Below are positions 50,230 through 63,135 of a DNA stretch of 64,000 bases, piece by piece (position 1 is the stretch's first letter; each line of letters opens with the position of its first letter). Origin of the DNA: Mobula hypostoma (taxonomy: Eukaryota); the NCBI RefSeq assembly GCF_963921235.1, contig NC_086097.1:154940001-155004000 (forward strand), in the 5' to 3' direction. The notes under the pieces are model-generated. The model was not told the origin of the DNA. It worked only from the letters and a program-made list of their open reading frames with translations, and did not search any database. The position numbers were made by a program, and so were the translations under genes.

Positions 50230-51699
50230 TCCTTCCATGTGGTGCTGCCACGCTCTCTGACTCCTAATTCTCCCAGTGATTTTAATTCCCTTATTGTCAC
50301 TTTGGCATTCCTTTTTGCAATAGTTCAAACTGAACTACAATGCTTGTGTCATGCTGTTGTTTGTGCTTTTTGTTGCATTTACTGTTACATTTATAATTAC
50401 CATGTATACTATTGACACAGTGAGCTTCATATGAGCAAAGAAGTCTGTCCACATTGGTATGCATGACAATAAACTAAATCTGAATCTGATAGAAGGAGGC
50501 AATTTGTCCTATCATGTCTATTCTAACTCCCAAGGGAGCCTTCCCCCTCCCCATTGACCCTCTCACGTCATTGCACCCCTGCAGCCAATTCTCTCTGAAA
50601 TATTACAAAAGAGGGAAAAACTTGTTTTCTCTTTTTTTGTTTCTGAGGGACTTCAACCTGAAATGCTGATGTTTCTCATTCCACAGATGCTGTCTGACCT
50701 GCTGGGGTTTTCCAGCATTTTACAGAGTCCACGGCTTCCTTTAATTTTCACTTACTACCCATCAAGTCCTCTTGATTATTGTTCACTGTTAACCTACCCA
50801 AGGAGATGAGTTAAAATACCCAATAAACCTTCCAGCACATCTTCAAATCATGAGCGAAAACTAGAGCACCTAAAGAAAATCCATTTGGTCAAAGAGTGGA
50901 CATGCAGTTGGACCGAAGCCCTTGTTTCTGTATGACACTGTGGCTCTTCGACTTTCATACTTCTGTGTATTACCTGACAGATCTATTTATGTATCTTTCA
51001 ATTGTTCACACATTTTATATCTTGTCAGCACTATCCAAAATACTGGACGTCTACTGTAATTGGTGAAGGAGAAGGCATTATCAATTCACTAGCTGATTCC
51101 CTGTCTGATTTGAGATTGAATTCCCCATCAGGTGGGGGATATTCTAAATTGATCCAGAGCAGCAAGATCATTTCAGGTGTCAGCAGCTGGTTAGATCTGA
51201 TGTAGTCCTCAACCCTGGAAATGGAGTCTGAGCTCAGAGGTGGAGACTGACCATGCAACTTTATTGTGTGTAGTTCGGGGCAGAGGATGTGATCAGTGAT
51301 TGATCCTCAGTTGTTGCATCAAGAGAGTGATGGTCATGTATAAAAATTTTGATGGACAAAGTAAAAGTTGAGGGAAATGTTTCAAAATTGGAACAGGGCA
51401 GCCAAATTCATAGGGAAGACAGAAGATCAAATCCTGCTGATGCAGGCCGTGCATCTCATAAATGGCGCACTCAGCAAATTCTTTGATGAGTTTACCAGAT
51501 TACATATAAAGTGTTTCTTTTGTTTCCCCATAAAAAACTGGACTTCAAGGACATGCAGTATCAACAGGAGCTCCAACCTAGCTCTGCTAAAATGTCTCTG
51601 AATGTTTAACTTACAAATGCCCAACCCCAGACTTTGCCAGCTGCAAGGGCCAATAAATATTAGGAAACTAAACTCTCCCTGCTTATCCTTTTACTGAAT

Positions 51700-52960
51700 G
51701 TAACTGAAGAATCTCTTGGGCTTGTCGATAATCATGTCTGTCACATCCATTTTATACACCCTTTTTGCACTCCTGATTTTCTCTTAAGCCTGGTCTTAAA
51801 CTTTTTTTATTTTCATTGAGGGATTCCCAGCTGCCTAAACATGATGTACATTGCTTTCGTTTTTTTTCTGACTGGAACTTCAATAATTCTCATCGGTCAT
51901 GATTCACTGAACTTGGGATGTCTACCTTCATTCTAAAAGGAATATTTTGCCCCTTGGCTTTGATATGACCTTTCTAAAAGTATTCCATTTGCCAACTGTT
52001 CCTTTGCCTTTAAAAAGAGTCATCCAGTCAACTCCAGCTATATCCTGCCTAATGCCCTCAAAGTTGACCCTGCTCTAATTCAGGACTTTAACCTGTAGAC
52101 CTGTTTTATCTTTTTGCATAATTATTTTAAAACTATTGGAAGTGTAGTCACTAGACCCAAATTGCTGAAAAACTGCCACTTCATTCACATGGCCTACCTT
52201 ATTTCCAAAGGTGATATCCAGTATTGCTCACTTCCAAGTAGTTTCCTCTATATGTTTTGTGAGGGAACTGCCTTGGATCACTGTAGAAATTCCTTTCTGG
52301 CTTTTGGGAGGTCTATAATAAAGTCTAATGAAGGTGACCACCCCCTTCTTATTTCTAACTTCAACCCAAATGACCTCATTAGATGATTCCTCAGGAATAT
52401 CCTCTCTAAGCACTGTTGTTATGTCTTTCCTTATCAAACAGGAAACACCCTGGCCTGTTCCTCTGTCACACCTAAATCATCCGTATCTTGGGACATTGAG
52501 CTACTAGCCCTTCCCTTCTCTCTACCACGTGTCTGTTATGGCCACGATATCCCAATCCCTAAAGGTAGTCTATATCCTCAGTTTGTTCGTTTCACCTGAT
52601 AAGCTGTGTGCATTGAAACAGATTTTAAAATCTGATTAAAGTTGTGGTCCCATCTGTCCTTCTACTGTAATCATGGCTGTTCTGATTTCTGAGCTCTGTG
52701 GTGGCTTCACATACCCCTGTCTTCTCACTGACTTCACTCTGTCAAGTCACACTCCTTGCCAGTCTAATTTAAGAAGCAAAAGAAAATTTCCTCATTGGGT
52801 TATTGGTCCTCTTCCAGTTCAAGTACAACCTGTACATTTTGCAGAACTCAACTCTACCCCAGAAGAGATCCCAATGATCCAAGAACCTTCAATGCCTGTC
52901 CTCTGCACTAGCTCTTCCGCATGGAATCCAATGCTAAGTCCAATGCATAGATTTGGCATT
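51700..52960 (-). mobile_element. Degenerate CR1 5' part (endonuclease region)
   Basis: EVIWVEVRNKKGVVTFIRLYYRPP. Confidence 0.8.
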
Positions 52961-53027
52961 CCAAGCATCAGTAAATTTAGGACTTTTATGTTTGATAATA
53001 CAAATGCAGAAATCTTGCACTCAAGTT

Positions 53028-53800
53028 CATAGAGTTCATAGATGTAAACAAGCCCTTTGGCTTGATTGATAACGTTGACCAAGATGCACCATCCAAGCTG
53101 GTCCCATTAGCCGGCATTTGGCCTATGACCTTCTCAATCTTTTCTATCAATGTACCTGGGAGCTCATTCTACATACACACTACCCCCAGTGCAAAAAATA
53201 GTTGCCTCTAAAGTTCCTATTAAATCTTTCCCCTCTCTCCTTAAACAAATGCCCTCTAGTTCTTGATTCCTCATTCCGGAAAAGAAAGACTGAACATTCA
53301 CGCTATCAATGCCCCTATGAGTTCATACACTGTATACACCTCTATAAGATTATCTGTCAATTAGGTATCTGAGTAGCCAGGGCATCAAAGGTTATGGTGA
53401 GAAGGCAGGGGAGTGGGATAAAAGAGGAGAATGGATCAGCTCATGATAAAATGGCGGAGCAGACTCGATGGGCCGAATGGCCTACTTCTGCTCCTTTGTC
53501 TTATGGTCTTATCACTTGCACTCAAAGGAATTAGGTTCTAACCTGTCCAAACTCTCCCTATAACTCAGTCCCTCAAGTCCTGGCAAAATTCTTGCAAATT
53601 TTTTCTGCACTCTTTCCAGTTAAACATCCACTTATCTATAGCATGGCGAACAAAACTGATTATAATACTTCACGTGTTGCTTTATCAGCGGCTTGTACAA
53701 CTACATGGTGACCTCCCATCTTTTATACTCAATGCCTTAACTGATCAACACCATCATGCCACAGTCCTTCTTCACCATCCTGAATACCCATGACACCATT
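53028..53800 (-). mobile_element. CR1 3' end with a nested plus-strand CR1 tail (about 53362-53512)
   Basis: Reverse-complement CR1 C-terminus interrupted by a segment ending gtcttatggtcttat. Confidence 0.75.
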
Positions 53801-54604
53801 TCCAATTTCCAATCCTCGAACTATCATTTAAGCTGTTTCTCTGTGAAACCTCTGGCATTTATCAGCAAGGTCAGGGCAATAAGTCAGCAGCATGGGGGTG
53901 CATTATTATTATTATTTCCCAACTCCAGGGATCAGTTCAATCCTGTCCTCGGCTGCTCTCTCTGTGGAGCTTGCAAAATGTTGCATAAAGGCATGAATAT
54001 CCCCTTGGTGTTTCAGTTTCCTCCAAAACCCCAAATATGTGCTGCTTGGCTAATTAGCTCCTATGGTATGTCCTTAGATTAATGACAGAAACAAAGAAGT
54101 GAGAATAAATTGCAGGGATTTCAAGCAAATTGAGAGAGTGGAAACAGAATGAATAGGATTGCTTCATTAGAAGCAGACAAGGATCTGATAGTCAAATAGT
54201 CTCTTCTGCAACTTTATAAAACAAATAACTCAGAATTAAGTGTTATTTTTACTACTTCAAGAATTTTACTACTGTACATTGGTATAACCTGTAAATAAAT
54301 AGCTTCGTCCCTTGAATAAATGATGCTTTGTGTCTAAGGTATGAGTCATTTACATGAGTTGGTGATGGATGTGAAGAATGAAATGCAAGATTAGACTGTA
54401 GATTATTTAACAAGAGATAAAAATATTAATATTGCAAGTGGAAACTTTCATTTGTATTGGTCACCGCAAGAACCATTTCAGCAAATCGACCAAAACAATG
54501 AGCAAAAGTATAGATTAATCATTTAAAACAATAGCCCTGTCCTTGATATATCTTTATGTAAACTCAGCTATTTCAAAAACAAGTTGCTCACATTCTATTA
54601 AAAA

Positions 54605-54970
54605 AAAGCCCAATATTTACAATATGTTACACAGCCTCAGGACATCCCAAAACACTTCATAACAAACCAAGTACTAATAATGTGATGTTAGTCTTGTAGG
54701 AAGTGTGACAACTAACTTACACATAATGAGGTTCTATAAATACCAACGTGATCAGATGATTTGTTTTTCCTATAGTTGTTAGATAAGGGATAATATCCAA
54801 GACACTAGGAAAAGCTCCTCTGCATTTCAGAATAGAACCACAGACTTTCTTTATGTCAGCCCGAATGATCTTCTGAAAGAAGCATTTCCTGTGATGCAAT
54901 ACTCCTTCAGTACTATACTGAAGCATCAGCCTAGAACTTGTACTTGTCTGACTGATGTGGCTGAAACCCA
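54605..54970 (-). mobile_element. Ancient Deu-domain SINE remnant (SacSINE1/AmnSINE1-like)
   Basis: Minus strand gctgatgcttcagtatagtactgaaggagtattgca...gtgttttgggatgtcctgaggctgtg resembles the remembered DeuSINE core (cagtactgagggagtgctgca) and tail (gcgctttgggacgtcctgagg). Confidence 0.7.
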
Positions 54971-55809
54971 CAACATATTGACTTTAGAAACTTGTTCTTT
55001 TTAATTGATAAGGGAGGAACTGAACATTAAATGATATATGGCTTAAAATAGCTGTGGTTCCTGCAGCAGCAATAACCTTGAAAGATGGGCGTAATATCTC
55101 TGTAAACATCACTTACATTACACTGATTGAAGATTGGTTTTGTGGCTTTGGGAAGCAACCATGATTGCTGTGCATATTTGGCTCACATTGTCTATTCTTC
55201 AAGAACACTGGATTTACCATTTTTATGTAAAAATTCCAAAATGCGTGCATTAGAAATGGCATCAACAACCACATAAAAAGCCTATAGTGTATCATTACTT
55301 CTGCCTTTCTCTTAATTCTCTCATCAAGAAATTCTATTGTGATTTGAAAAGATTGCCTTGGCTAGAAACAATTTCATCAGCAACCTGATCTTCTGGTACT
55401 TCTGGCATAATTTGCTGAAGTATCAATGTTTCCTTTCAGAGTAATCCATGACTGCCAAGACTTGTGCAGTCACACCTGATGGCATGCAATGGAAGGCTGG
55501 ATAAACTTCTGCAAAATTCATTGACACATCTGAGGGCCATGGATGACGTGACCCACTCATTCAAAAGCAGGCTTTCCGAGCAATGAATGGCCTTTCCTTA
55601 ACCGAACATATCCACCCGAGCAGGTTGGGTAATTCAGGCCTGTTTTTAATTGACACATGGAACCCTCACCATGGTTTTCCATTTCATCACCATCCCTCCC
55701 ACCACCCCATCGAATCACAAGCCCCACTCTGTTGCTACCCCAGCAGCCAATGCAAGAACTTCTCTAAATGCACAAAATTAGGCCCACTGTCATCCTGCTG
55801 GAACTTTAA

Positions 55810-56150
55810 CTGTGATAAATAAATGCTCCATTGAATCAATATTAACCTACAACATCAGAGCATGGTTCAGAGCAATGAGCTCCATCAACCTCAACCCACT
55901 CAACAGAATTGTCAGAATAAGTGGTGAAATCATTGGCCAGGAACAAGAATCACCTAACAGCATCCATAAGAGACAGACAATAAAAAAGGATCAACAAATA
56001 GCAGAGGACATTACACATACGCTTCAAACATACTCAACTCTCATGCAGTCTGGACTCTGCTACAGGTCCCTGCCCATCGGCACCAAAAGAGTCTCATCCA
56101 GTTTTGTGCCTTCCGCCAGATGCCTCCTCAACACCCAATTCTGAATACAT
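55810..56150 (+). mobile_element. Rex1/L2-type LINE C-terminal remnant
   Basis: SIESILTYNIRAWF..SGLCYRSL..SSFVPSARCLLN, homologous to 16125-16440. Confidence 0.75.
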
Positions 56151-56293
56151 GGTACGCATTGCACCTTTGACAGTAAAAGCAGTCAGTTTTATTATGTGTA
56201 TTTGTATTTTGAATTACATGCACTAATTTTCAGTATTTATTATCTATTATGAGTATTTTATATTGTGTTTAGCTATATATAGTGTGGCATTGT

Positions 56294-56616
56294 GTGGGCA
56301 TGTGGCCAAGTGGTTAAGGCATTGGACTAGCGACCTGAAGGTCATGAGTTTGAGCCCCAGCCGAGGCAACGTGTTGTGTCCTTGAGCAAGGCACTTAATC
56401 ACACATTGCTCTGCGACAGCACTGGTGCCAAGCTGTATGGGTCCTAATGCCCTTCCTTTGGACAATATTGGTGTCGTGGAGAGGGGAGACTTGTAGCATG
56501 GGCAATTGCTGGTCTTCCATACAACCTTGCCCAGGCCTGCACCCTGGGGAGTGAAGACTTTCCAAGCACAGATCCATGGTCTCGCAAGACTAACGGATGC
56601 CTTTATTATTTATTAC
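56294..56616 (+). mobile_element. tRNA-derived SINE, full length (same family as 17305-17615)
   Basis: A box TGGCCAAGTGG and B box GTTTGAGCC. 11-bp TSD tgtggcattgt (56283-56293 / 56617-56627). Confidence 0.9.
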
Positions 56617-57019
56617 TGTGGCATTGTCCTTACCACTGAACTAACAAAGTTACTCACGGAAAATAAAGTGAATTGAATTCAATTGAATCTGAGTGTTCAA
56701 ACCATTGCTTGGTTTCTTACCTGGTAATTTGAAAGGGAGGAGGATCAGGACCAAACAAAACCTCGTTCTAAATAATTTCCTTTTTACTTTCCTCTGGATG
56801 ATATTGGCCTGTGGCTTGTTAATGATACTCCACAACTGGTTACACTCTACTGCAACTGAGGGAAGTTCAACATGAACACTGTGGTCTCCAATTGGGCAGG
56901 TATACATAATTATTTTTCTGTTTTGAGATTTAATGAATGTGGTTAGTGGAAAGGGCATGAATAAGAAGACTGCCATTTAATGAAAATTTCGCAAGTGTAA
57001 TTAAAGTTTCTTTACAAAA

Positions 57020-57800
57020 TCTTCATGGTAGTCTACTTAATGAGTTTATAAAGGTTGAAAAAAAGTCATGAGTTACATGATTTGGGTAGATAGACTCTGT
57101 TTTTCCCAGGATACAGAGTCTAAAATCAAAGGGCATTGCTTTAAGGAGAAAGAAGAAAGATTTAAAGAAGACTAAAGGAGTAAGTTTTTCACACAGAGGG
57201 TGGAGGGACATGGAACAAGTTGTCAAATGAAGTCATAGAGTCTTACAGCAAGGAAAAAGGCTTCAGCCTGACTGGCCCTTTGAAGAGCAACATGCCTATC
57301 TAAGCTAGTCCAATTTCTCTGCATTTGGCCCAAATCCTTCTAAACCAGAAGAGTTCTCAACCTTTTTTTATGCCATGGACCCTTATCATTAAACAAGCGG
57401 TCTGTGGACCACTGGTTGGGAACCCCTGCTCTAAATCTTTACGATCTATGTACCTCTTTGAAAAGTTGTTATTGTATCGTTCTCAAACATTTCCTCAGGC
57501 AGCTCATACATACCTTCCTCTGTGTCAAAAGCCTGCCACTCAAGTACCTTTTAAATCTTTTTCCTCTCATCTTAAACCTATAGTATGCCCTCTAATTCTT
57601 GATTGGCCAAACCTTTGGAAAAGCAAGTGTATTCAGCTTTTCTATGCCCCTCATGATTTATACACTTCCACATAGATATATTTGCAATACGACAGGTTCA
57701 TAAATAGGAATTGTAAATAGCAGTAGCTCTGGAAGTCACTTGATCAACATGGATGAGTTAGGCCAAAGGTCCTGCTTCCATGCTGTGTAACTCTATGACT
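57020..57800. mobile_element. Nested CR1 3' ends (plus-strand host, minus-strand insert about 57233-57670)
   Basis: CR1 C-terminal and 3' UTR motifs in both orientations. Confidence 0.65.
57346..57428. mobile_element. 83-bp hAT (Buster-type) MITE
   Basis: Ends cagaagagttctcaacc / ggttgggaacccctg are related to the TIRs of 32312-33052. Flanks ttctaaac / ctctaaat (6 of 8 match, central TA). Confidence 0.72.
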
Positions 57801-57883
57801 GCCTGATGTCACAATTAGTAACTGTGGAAATCAATGCAGAATGAAGCTGCTTCTTGATTAATTCCTGATCCATATTAAGTGAC

Positions 57884-58007
57884 ACACATAAAAGTTGCTA
57901 GTGAACGCAGCAGGCCAGGCAGCATCTCTAGGAAGAGGCACAATCGATGTTTCGGGCTGAGACCAGTGAGAAGGACAGAGGGAGAAAAAGGAGAGAGAGA
58001 AAAAGAA

Positions 58008-58041
<34 letters not shown>

Positions 58042-58337
58042 AACATCGACTTCTCTAACTTCCGTTAATGCCCCATCTCCCCCTCGTACCCCATCCGTTA
58101 TTTATTTTATCTCCATCCCTCCCGCTCCTGTCTTCTCCTATCATTTTGGATCTCCCACTCCCCCCCGCCACTTTCAAATCTCTTACTAGCTCTTCTTTCA
58201 GTTTGTCCTGACGAAGGGTCTCGGCCCGAAACATCGACTGTGACTCTTCCTGGAGATGCTGCCTGGCCTGCTGCATTCACCAGCAACTTTTATGTGTGTT
58301 GCTTGAAATTCCAGCATCTGCAAATTTCCTCGTGTCC
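57884..58337. mobile_element. ORF-less PLE unit: inverted partial pLTR (57884-58040) plus pLTR (58042-58337) with a hammerhead at 58203-58240
   Basis: GTC CTGACGA AGGGTCTCGGCCC GAAA C ATC GACTG on the plus strand. An inverted copy of its 3' part lies upstream. Confidence 0.85.
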
Positions 58338-58719
58338 ATGTTAAGTGAGCTGGTTTTGGCTAGAGTAACAGATTTGGTCCAATATGTTTCTAAAAACATC
58401 TTTTGCAAATCTAAGAGGATTGTAAGTTTATACTGGCTGTGATATCCTCTTTGCCAATACCAACCAGTTGTGTGTAAATGAATAATGGGCCTCATGGGTG
58501 ATGTGTAAGATGGCAAACTTCACAGTATTAATTGTACTCTGGGTTTTGCTTAGGGAGAAAATTAAGACAAATTTTATTTAATAAATCACTTGATATGGGC
58601 CAATAATTGCTGTCAGAGTAAAGGTGAGGTTACTAGCATATAGTGTTACTTGTGCAACTGTAGCTTAAGATGAATATACATTTAGGCATGGACATTGAAA
58701 ATTTCCATTGACCATGAGC

Positions 58720-59790
58720 CCATATGACATAGTAGCAGAATTAGGCCGTTTGGCCCATCGAATCTTCTCCACTATTCAATCATGGCCGATCCTTATTTTC
58801 CCTCCTCAGTCCCACTCCCGACCTTCTCCTTGTAACCTCTGATGCCATGTCCAATCAAAAACCTATCAAGCTCTGCTTTAAATACACCCAATGACTTGGC
58901 CTCCACAGCTGCCTGTGGTAACAAATTCCACAAATTGACCACCCTCTGGCTAAAGAAATTTCCCCGCATCTCTGTTTTAAATGGACACCCTCTATCCTGA
59001 GGCTATACCCTCTTGTCCTAGACTCCCCCACCATAGGATACATCCTTTCCACATCTACTCTGTGTAGGTCTTTCAACATTTGAAAGGTTTCAATGAATCC
59101 CCCTCATCCTCCTTAATTCCAGTGAGTACAGACCCAGAACTATCAAATGTATGATAACATTTGTGAACCTCCTCTGAACCCTCTCCAATGCCAGCACATC
59201 TTTTCTTAGATGAGGAGACCAAACTGTTCACGATAGTCAATGTGAGGCCTCACAGGGCCTTATAGTGCCTCAGGATCACATCCCTGCCCTTGTATTCTAG
59301 ATCTCTTGAAATAAATGCTAACATTGCATTTGCCTTCTTCGCCACTGACTCTACCTGCAAGTTAACCTTTAAGGTGTTCGGCACAAGGACTTCCAAGTCC
59401 CTTTGCATCTGAGATTTTTGGATTTTCCCCCCATTTAGAAAATAGTCTGCACATTTATTTCTACTACTAAAGTGCATGATCATGTATTTTCCAAGTTGTA
59501 TTTCATTTGCCACTTTCTTGCCCATTCTTCTAATCTATCTAAGTCCTTCTGCAGCCTACCTGTTTCTTCAGCACTACCTGCCCCTCCACCAATCTTTGTA
59601 TCATCTGCAAACTTGGCAAATAAAACATCTATTTCATCATCTAATTCATTGATATACAGCATAAAAAGAAGTGGTCCCAACACCAACCCCTGCAGAACAC
59701 CATTAGTCAATGACAGCCAACCAGAAAAAGATCCTTTTATTCCCACTTGCTGCCTCCTACCAATCAGTCAATGCTCTAACTATGCCAGTA
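58720..59790 (-). mobile_element. 5'-truncated CR1 LINE
   Basis: GVLQGLVLGPLLFMLYINELD..KFADDTKIGG. Confidence 0.92.
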
Positions 59791-60033
59791 ACATTGACAA
59801 CCACTGTTTTGCAAAAGCAGATCTCACTGTTGGTTTTTCTTTCAAATGAACTGGGATGATAGAAAATCCAGTCCTTGTATGACAAACATAAAGTAACCTT
59901 AACCTGAACTGTTAAGGCAATTGCAAATAGGATGTTAAGGGCATACTGTTATTGAACAGTTCTTAGCAACTTTTTCAAGTGTAACTAGTCCATATTAAAT
60001 TTCCATATTCCATTTCACCCAGAATTGAGCATC

Positions 60034-60575
60034 AAGAAGACAGGAGGGGGGGGGATGGAGCCAAGAACTGGACAGTTGATTGGCAAAAGGGATATGAGAG
60101 GATCATGGAACAGGAGGCCCAGGGAGAAGGAAAAGGGGGAGGGGGGGAAACCCCAGAGGATGGGCAAGGGGTATAGTGAGAGGGACAGAGGGAGAAAAAG
60201 GATCACCTCACTATGTTCCAAACCTATTCTGGTATCTGTCCCCCACTTTTCCTTCACTACATCGACGACTGCATTGGCACTGCTTCCTGCACGCATGCTG
60301 AGCTCGTTGACTTCATTAACTTTGCCTCCAACTTTCACCCTGCCCTCAAGTTTACCTGGTCCATTACCGACACCTCCCTCCCCTTTCTAGATCTTTCTGC
60401 CTCTATCTCTGGAGACAGCTTATCTACTGATGTCTACTATAAGCCTACTGACTCTCACAGCTATCTGGACTATTCCTCTTCTCACCCTGTCTCTTGCAAA
60501 AACGCCATCCCCTTCTCGCAATTCCTCTGTCTCCGCCGCATCTGCTCTCAGGATGAGGCTTTTCATTCCAGGATT
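60034..60575 (+). mobile_element. PLE fragment: inverted pLTR piece (60034-60202) joined to the PLE RT core
   Basis: FLHYIDDCIG..FHPALKFTW..LPFLDL..YYKPTDSHSYLDYSSSHP..RICS (PLE RT). Confidence 0.9.
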
Positions 60576-60989
60576 TAGGTACTCATTGACAAATATCAGT
60601 TAAAATCAGCCAACAAGGATTCCTCTCACTCCAGTCATCCTCTCTTCTCCCCTTTCCAATCAAGCAGAAGACACAAAAGCTGGAAAACATGTACGATCAG
60701 ATTCATTGCTTAATTAGATTCTGCTTTTGTCAGACTCTGAACAGACTTTCACGTGCTAACACTGAATTCTTAATCCCCTAATCTGCCTTATTGTGGCCCT
60801 TGCACTTAATTTGGTTACATGCACTCTACTTTCTCTGTAGCTGTTACACTTTACTCTGTGTTCCGTTTCCTCTTTACTAACTCAATATGCTTACTTCCAG
60901 CATCATCTGCCCAGATGGCATGCAAATAAATAATGCCCATTAAGAGATTCATAAGTAAAGGCAAAGAAGATGAAAACAGGGAAGTCATA

Positions 60990-61960
60990 GTGTCACAGAA
61001 CCTTACACCCATCTAGTCCATGCCAAATATTAATCTGTCCAGTCCCAAAGACCTGGACTCGGACCATAGCCCTCCATACCTTTCTCATCCATGTACCTAT
61101 CCAAATTTCTCTTAAATATTGAAATCAAACCCATATATACTGCTTGTGTTGGCAGCTCGTTCCACACTCCCACCAACCTGAATGAAGACATTTGTATTCA
61201 TCTTCCCCTTAAATAGTTCACATTTCACCCTTAACCCATGACCCCTAGTTCCAGTTTCAAAAAACTTCAGTTGAAACAGACTGCTTATGTTAACCCCATC
61301 TATACCCCTCATAATTTTGTACACCTTTATCTAATCTCCCTTTATTCTCCTATGGTCCAGGGAATAAAGTCCCAACCTTTTCAATCTTTCCCTATAACTC
61401 AAATACTCAAGTCTTGGCAAAATCAATTTAAATTTTCCCTGCTCTCTATCTATTTTATTGAAATATTTCTTGTAGACAGATAACCAAAACTGCACACTAT
61501 ACTCGAAATTAGGGCTCGCCAACGTCTTATACAATTTCAACATAACATCGCAGCTCCTGTATTCAGTACTTTGGCTTATGAAGGCCAATGTATCAAAAGT
61601 TGTCTTTATGACCCCATCTAACTGTGACACTACTTTCAAGGAATTATGGCTTTGATTTTCCAGACCCTTCTATTCTACGACACTCCTCAGTGTCCAAATA
61701 TTGACTGTGCAAGTCCTACCTCGGTTTGTCCTCCAAAGGCGTCTACATTAAATTGTATTTTCCATTCTTTTCAGCCCATTTTTCCAGCTGTTCCAGATCC
61801 TGCTGCAAGCTTTGATAGCCTTCCTCACTGTCCACAATGCCTCCAGTCTTGGTGTCCCCTGCAAATTTGCTGATCCAGGTTACTACATTATCATCCAGAT
61901 TGTTGAGATGGATGGCAAACGACAGACCCACCACCAATGCAGGAATCACAAGCCAACTCA
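60990..61960 (-). mobile_element. 5'-truncated CR1 LINE
   Basis: KFAGDTKTGG..LYKTLASPNFEYSVQFW..YKIMRGID. Confidence 0.9.
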
Positions 61961-62199
61961 AGTGCAGGAATCATAGTGACTTTGGCAATTCAAAGAAAAC
62001 CTAAGGTATATTACAAAAATTAACCAGAAAACTAACAAGAGCTCAGACAATATTCATACTCTCTCTCGTTGGAATTTCTATGAACTGATTAAGGAAAGCT
62101 TCCTGTACACGTTTGACAAGCTCTATCCCATTTAGCCCTTTTACAGTTTCAGAGTCTCAGTCAATATGTGTAAAGTTAAAACAATCTTATGTTTCTTGC

Positions 62200-62700
62200 A
62201 ATAGTCTGCATTCTCTATTGAAGTTTGCTGTCTAAACCCTCCTGACTATTGGGTGGTCTATAATATGAGCCCATTAATGTGGCCATCCTTTTCTTATTTC
62301 TTAGTTCCACCCGTGTAGCTTCAGTAGATGAACTCTGCAGCCCGTACTATCTGAGCACTGCCATGATATTTTCCCTGACTAGTAATGCCACTCCACCTCC
62401 TTTAATCCCCCTTGCTCTATGATATCTAAAATAACAGAATCCGGAATTCTGAGCTGCCATTCCTGTCCGTCCTGCAATCAAGTCTCACTAATGGCTACAC
62501 AGTCATAATTCCATGTATTGATCTATGCTCTAAATTCATTTGCCCTTCCTTCAATACTCCTTGCATTGAAATATACTCAACTCAGAACCTTAGTACACCA
62601 TGCTCAACCTTTTGATTCCTGGCTTTGTAGGTAAGCTTAACAACAGCTTTCCCCACAATTGCTTCACTATCTGCTCTATTACTCTGGCACCCATCCTCCT
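62200..62700 (-). mobile_element. Degenerate CR1 endonuclease-region fragment
   Basis: Minus strand reads VAISETWL-like and GGGVALL-like motifs. Confidence 0.65.
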
Positions 62701-63135
62701 GCAACTTTGCTTTTGTCCTTGGCATTTTATCCCTTTGATATATTTAGCAGTTTATATCAATATGTGTAGACAAAAGAAAACTTTACTGTCGACCAGGTCA
62801 CATACCTGTCAGTGCACAACATGGAGAAGCCTGTAATATAGTACTGCAGCCCACCCAGTGATTCACTAAACTGTCCGTTCCACAAATGTAGACACCAAAT
62901 TGCCTCTAACTATAGCAAAGAATGCAAGTGTGATAATTTGTTAAAAATATCTGTCGTTAATGACTTGTTGCCTGGCCCATAACATGTGTTTTAACTAAGA
63001 AGAGAATCACAGCTATTTTCTCAAATTAGTTTTTGTTTTTTTAAGAGCTATACCAAATAAAACAGCTGTCTTGATTAACCGATAGCCCAATTAACTGGAA
63101 TCCACTGTATATTATTATTTAGTTGTTTCTCCTAG

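Noticed and set aside
56294..56370. tRNA gene
   Set aside because: The A and B boxes are the head of a SINE with a body, tail and TSD.
56650..56976. 108-aa minus-strand ORF with a CAG|gtaag donor as a collagen exon
   Set aside because: It shows no resemblance to the expected VWA exon and has no clear acceptor.
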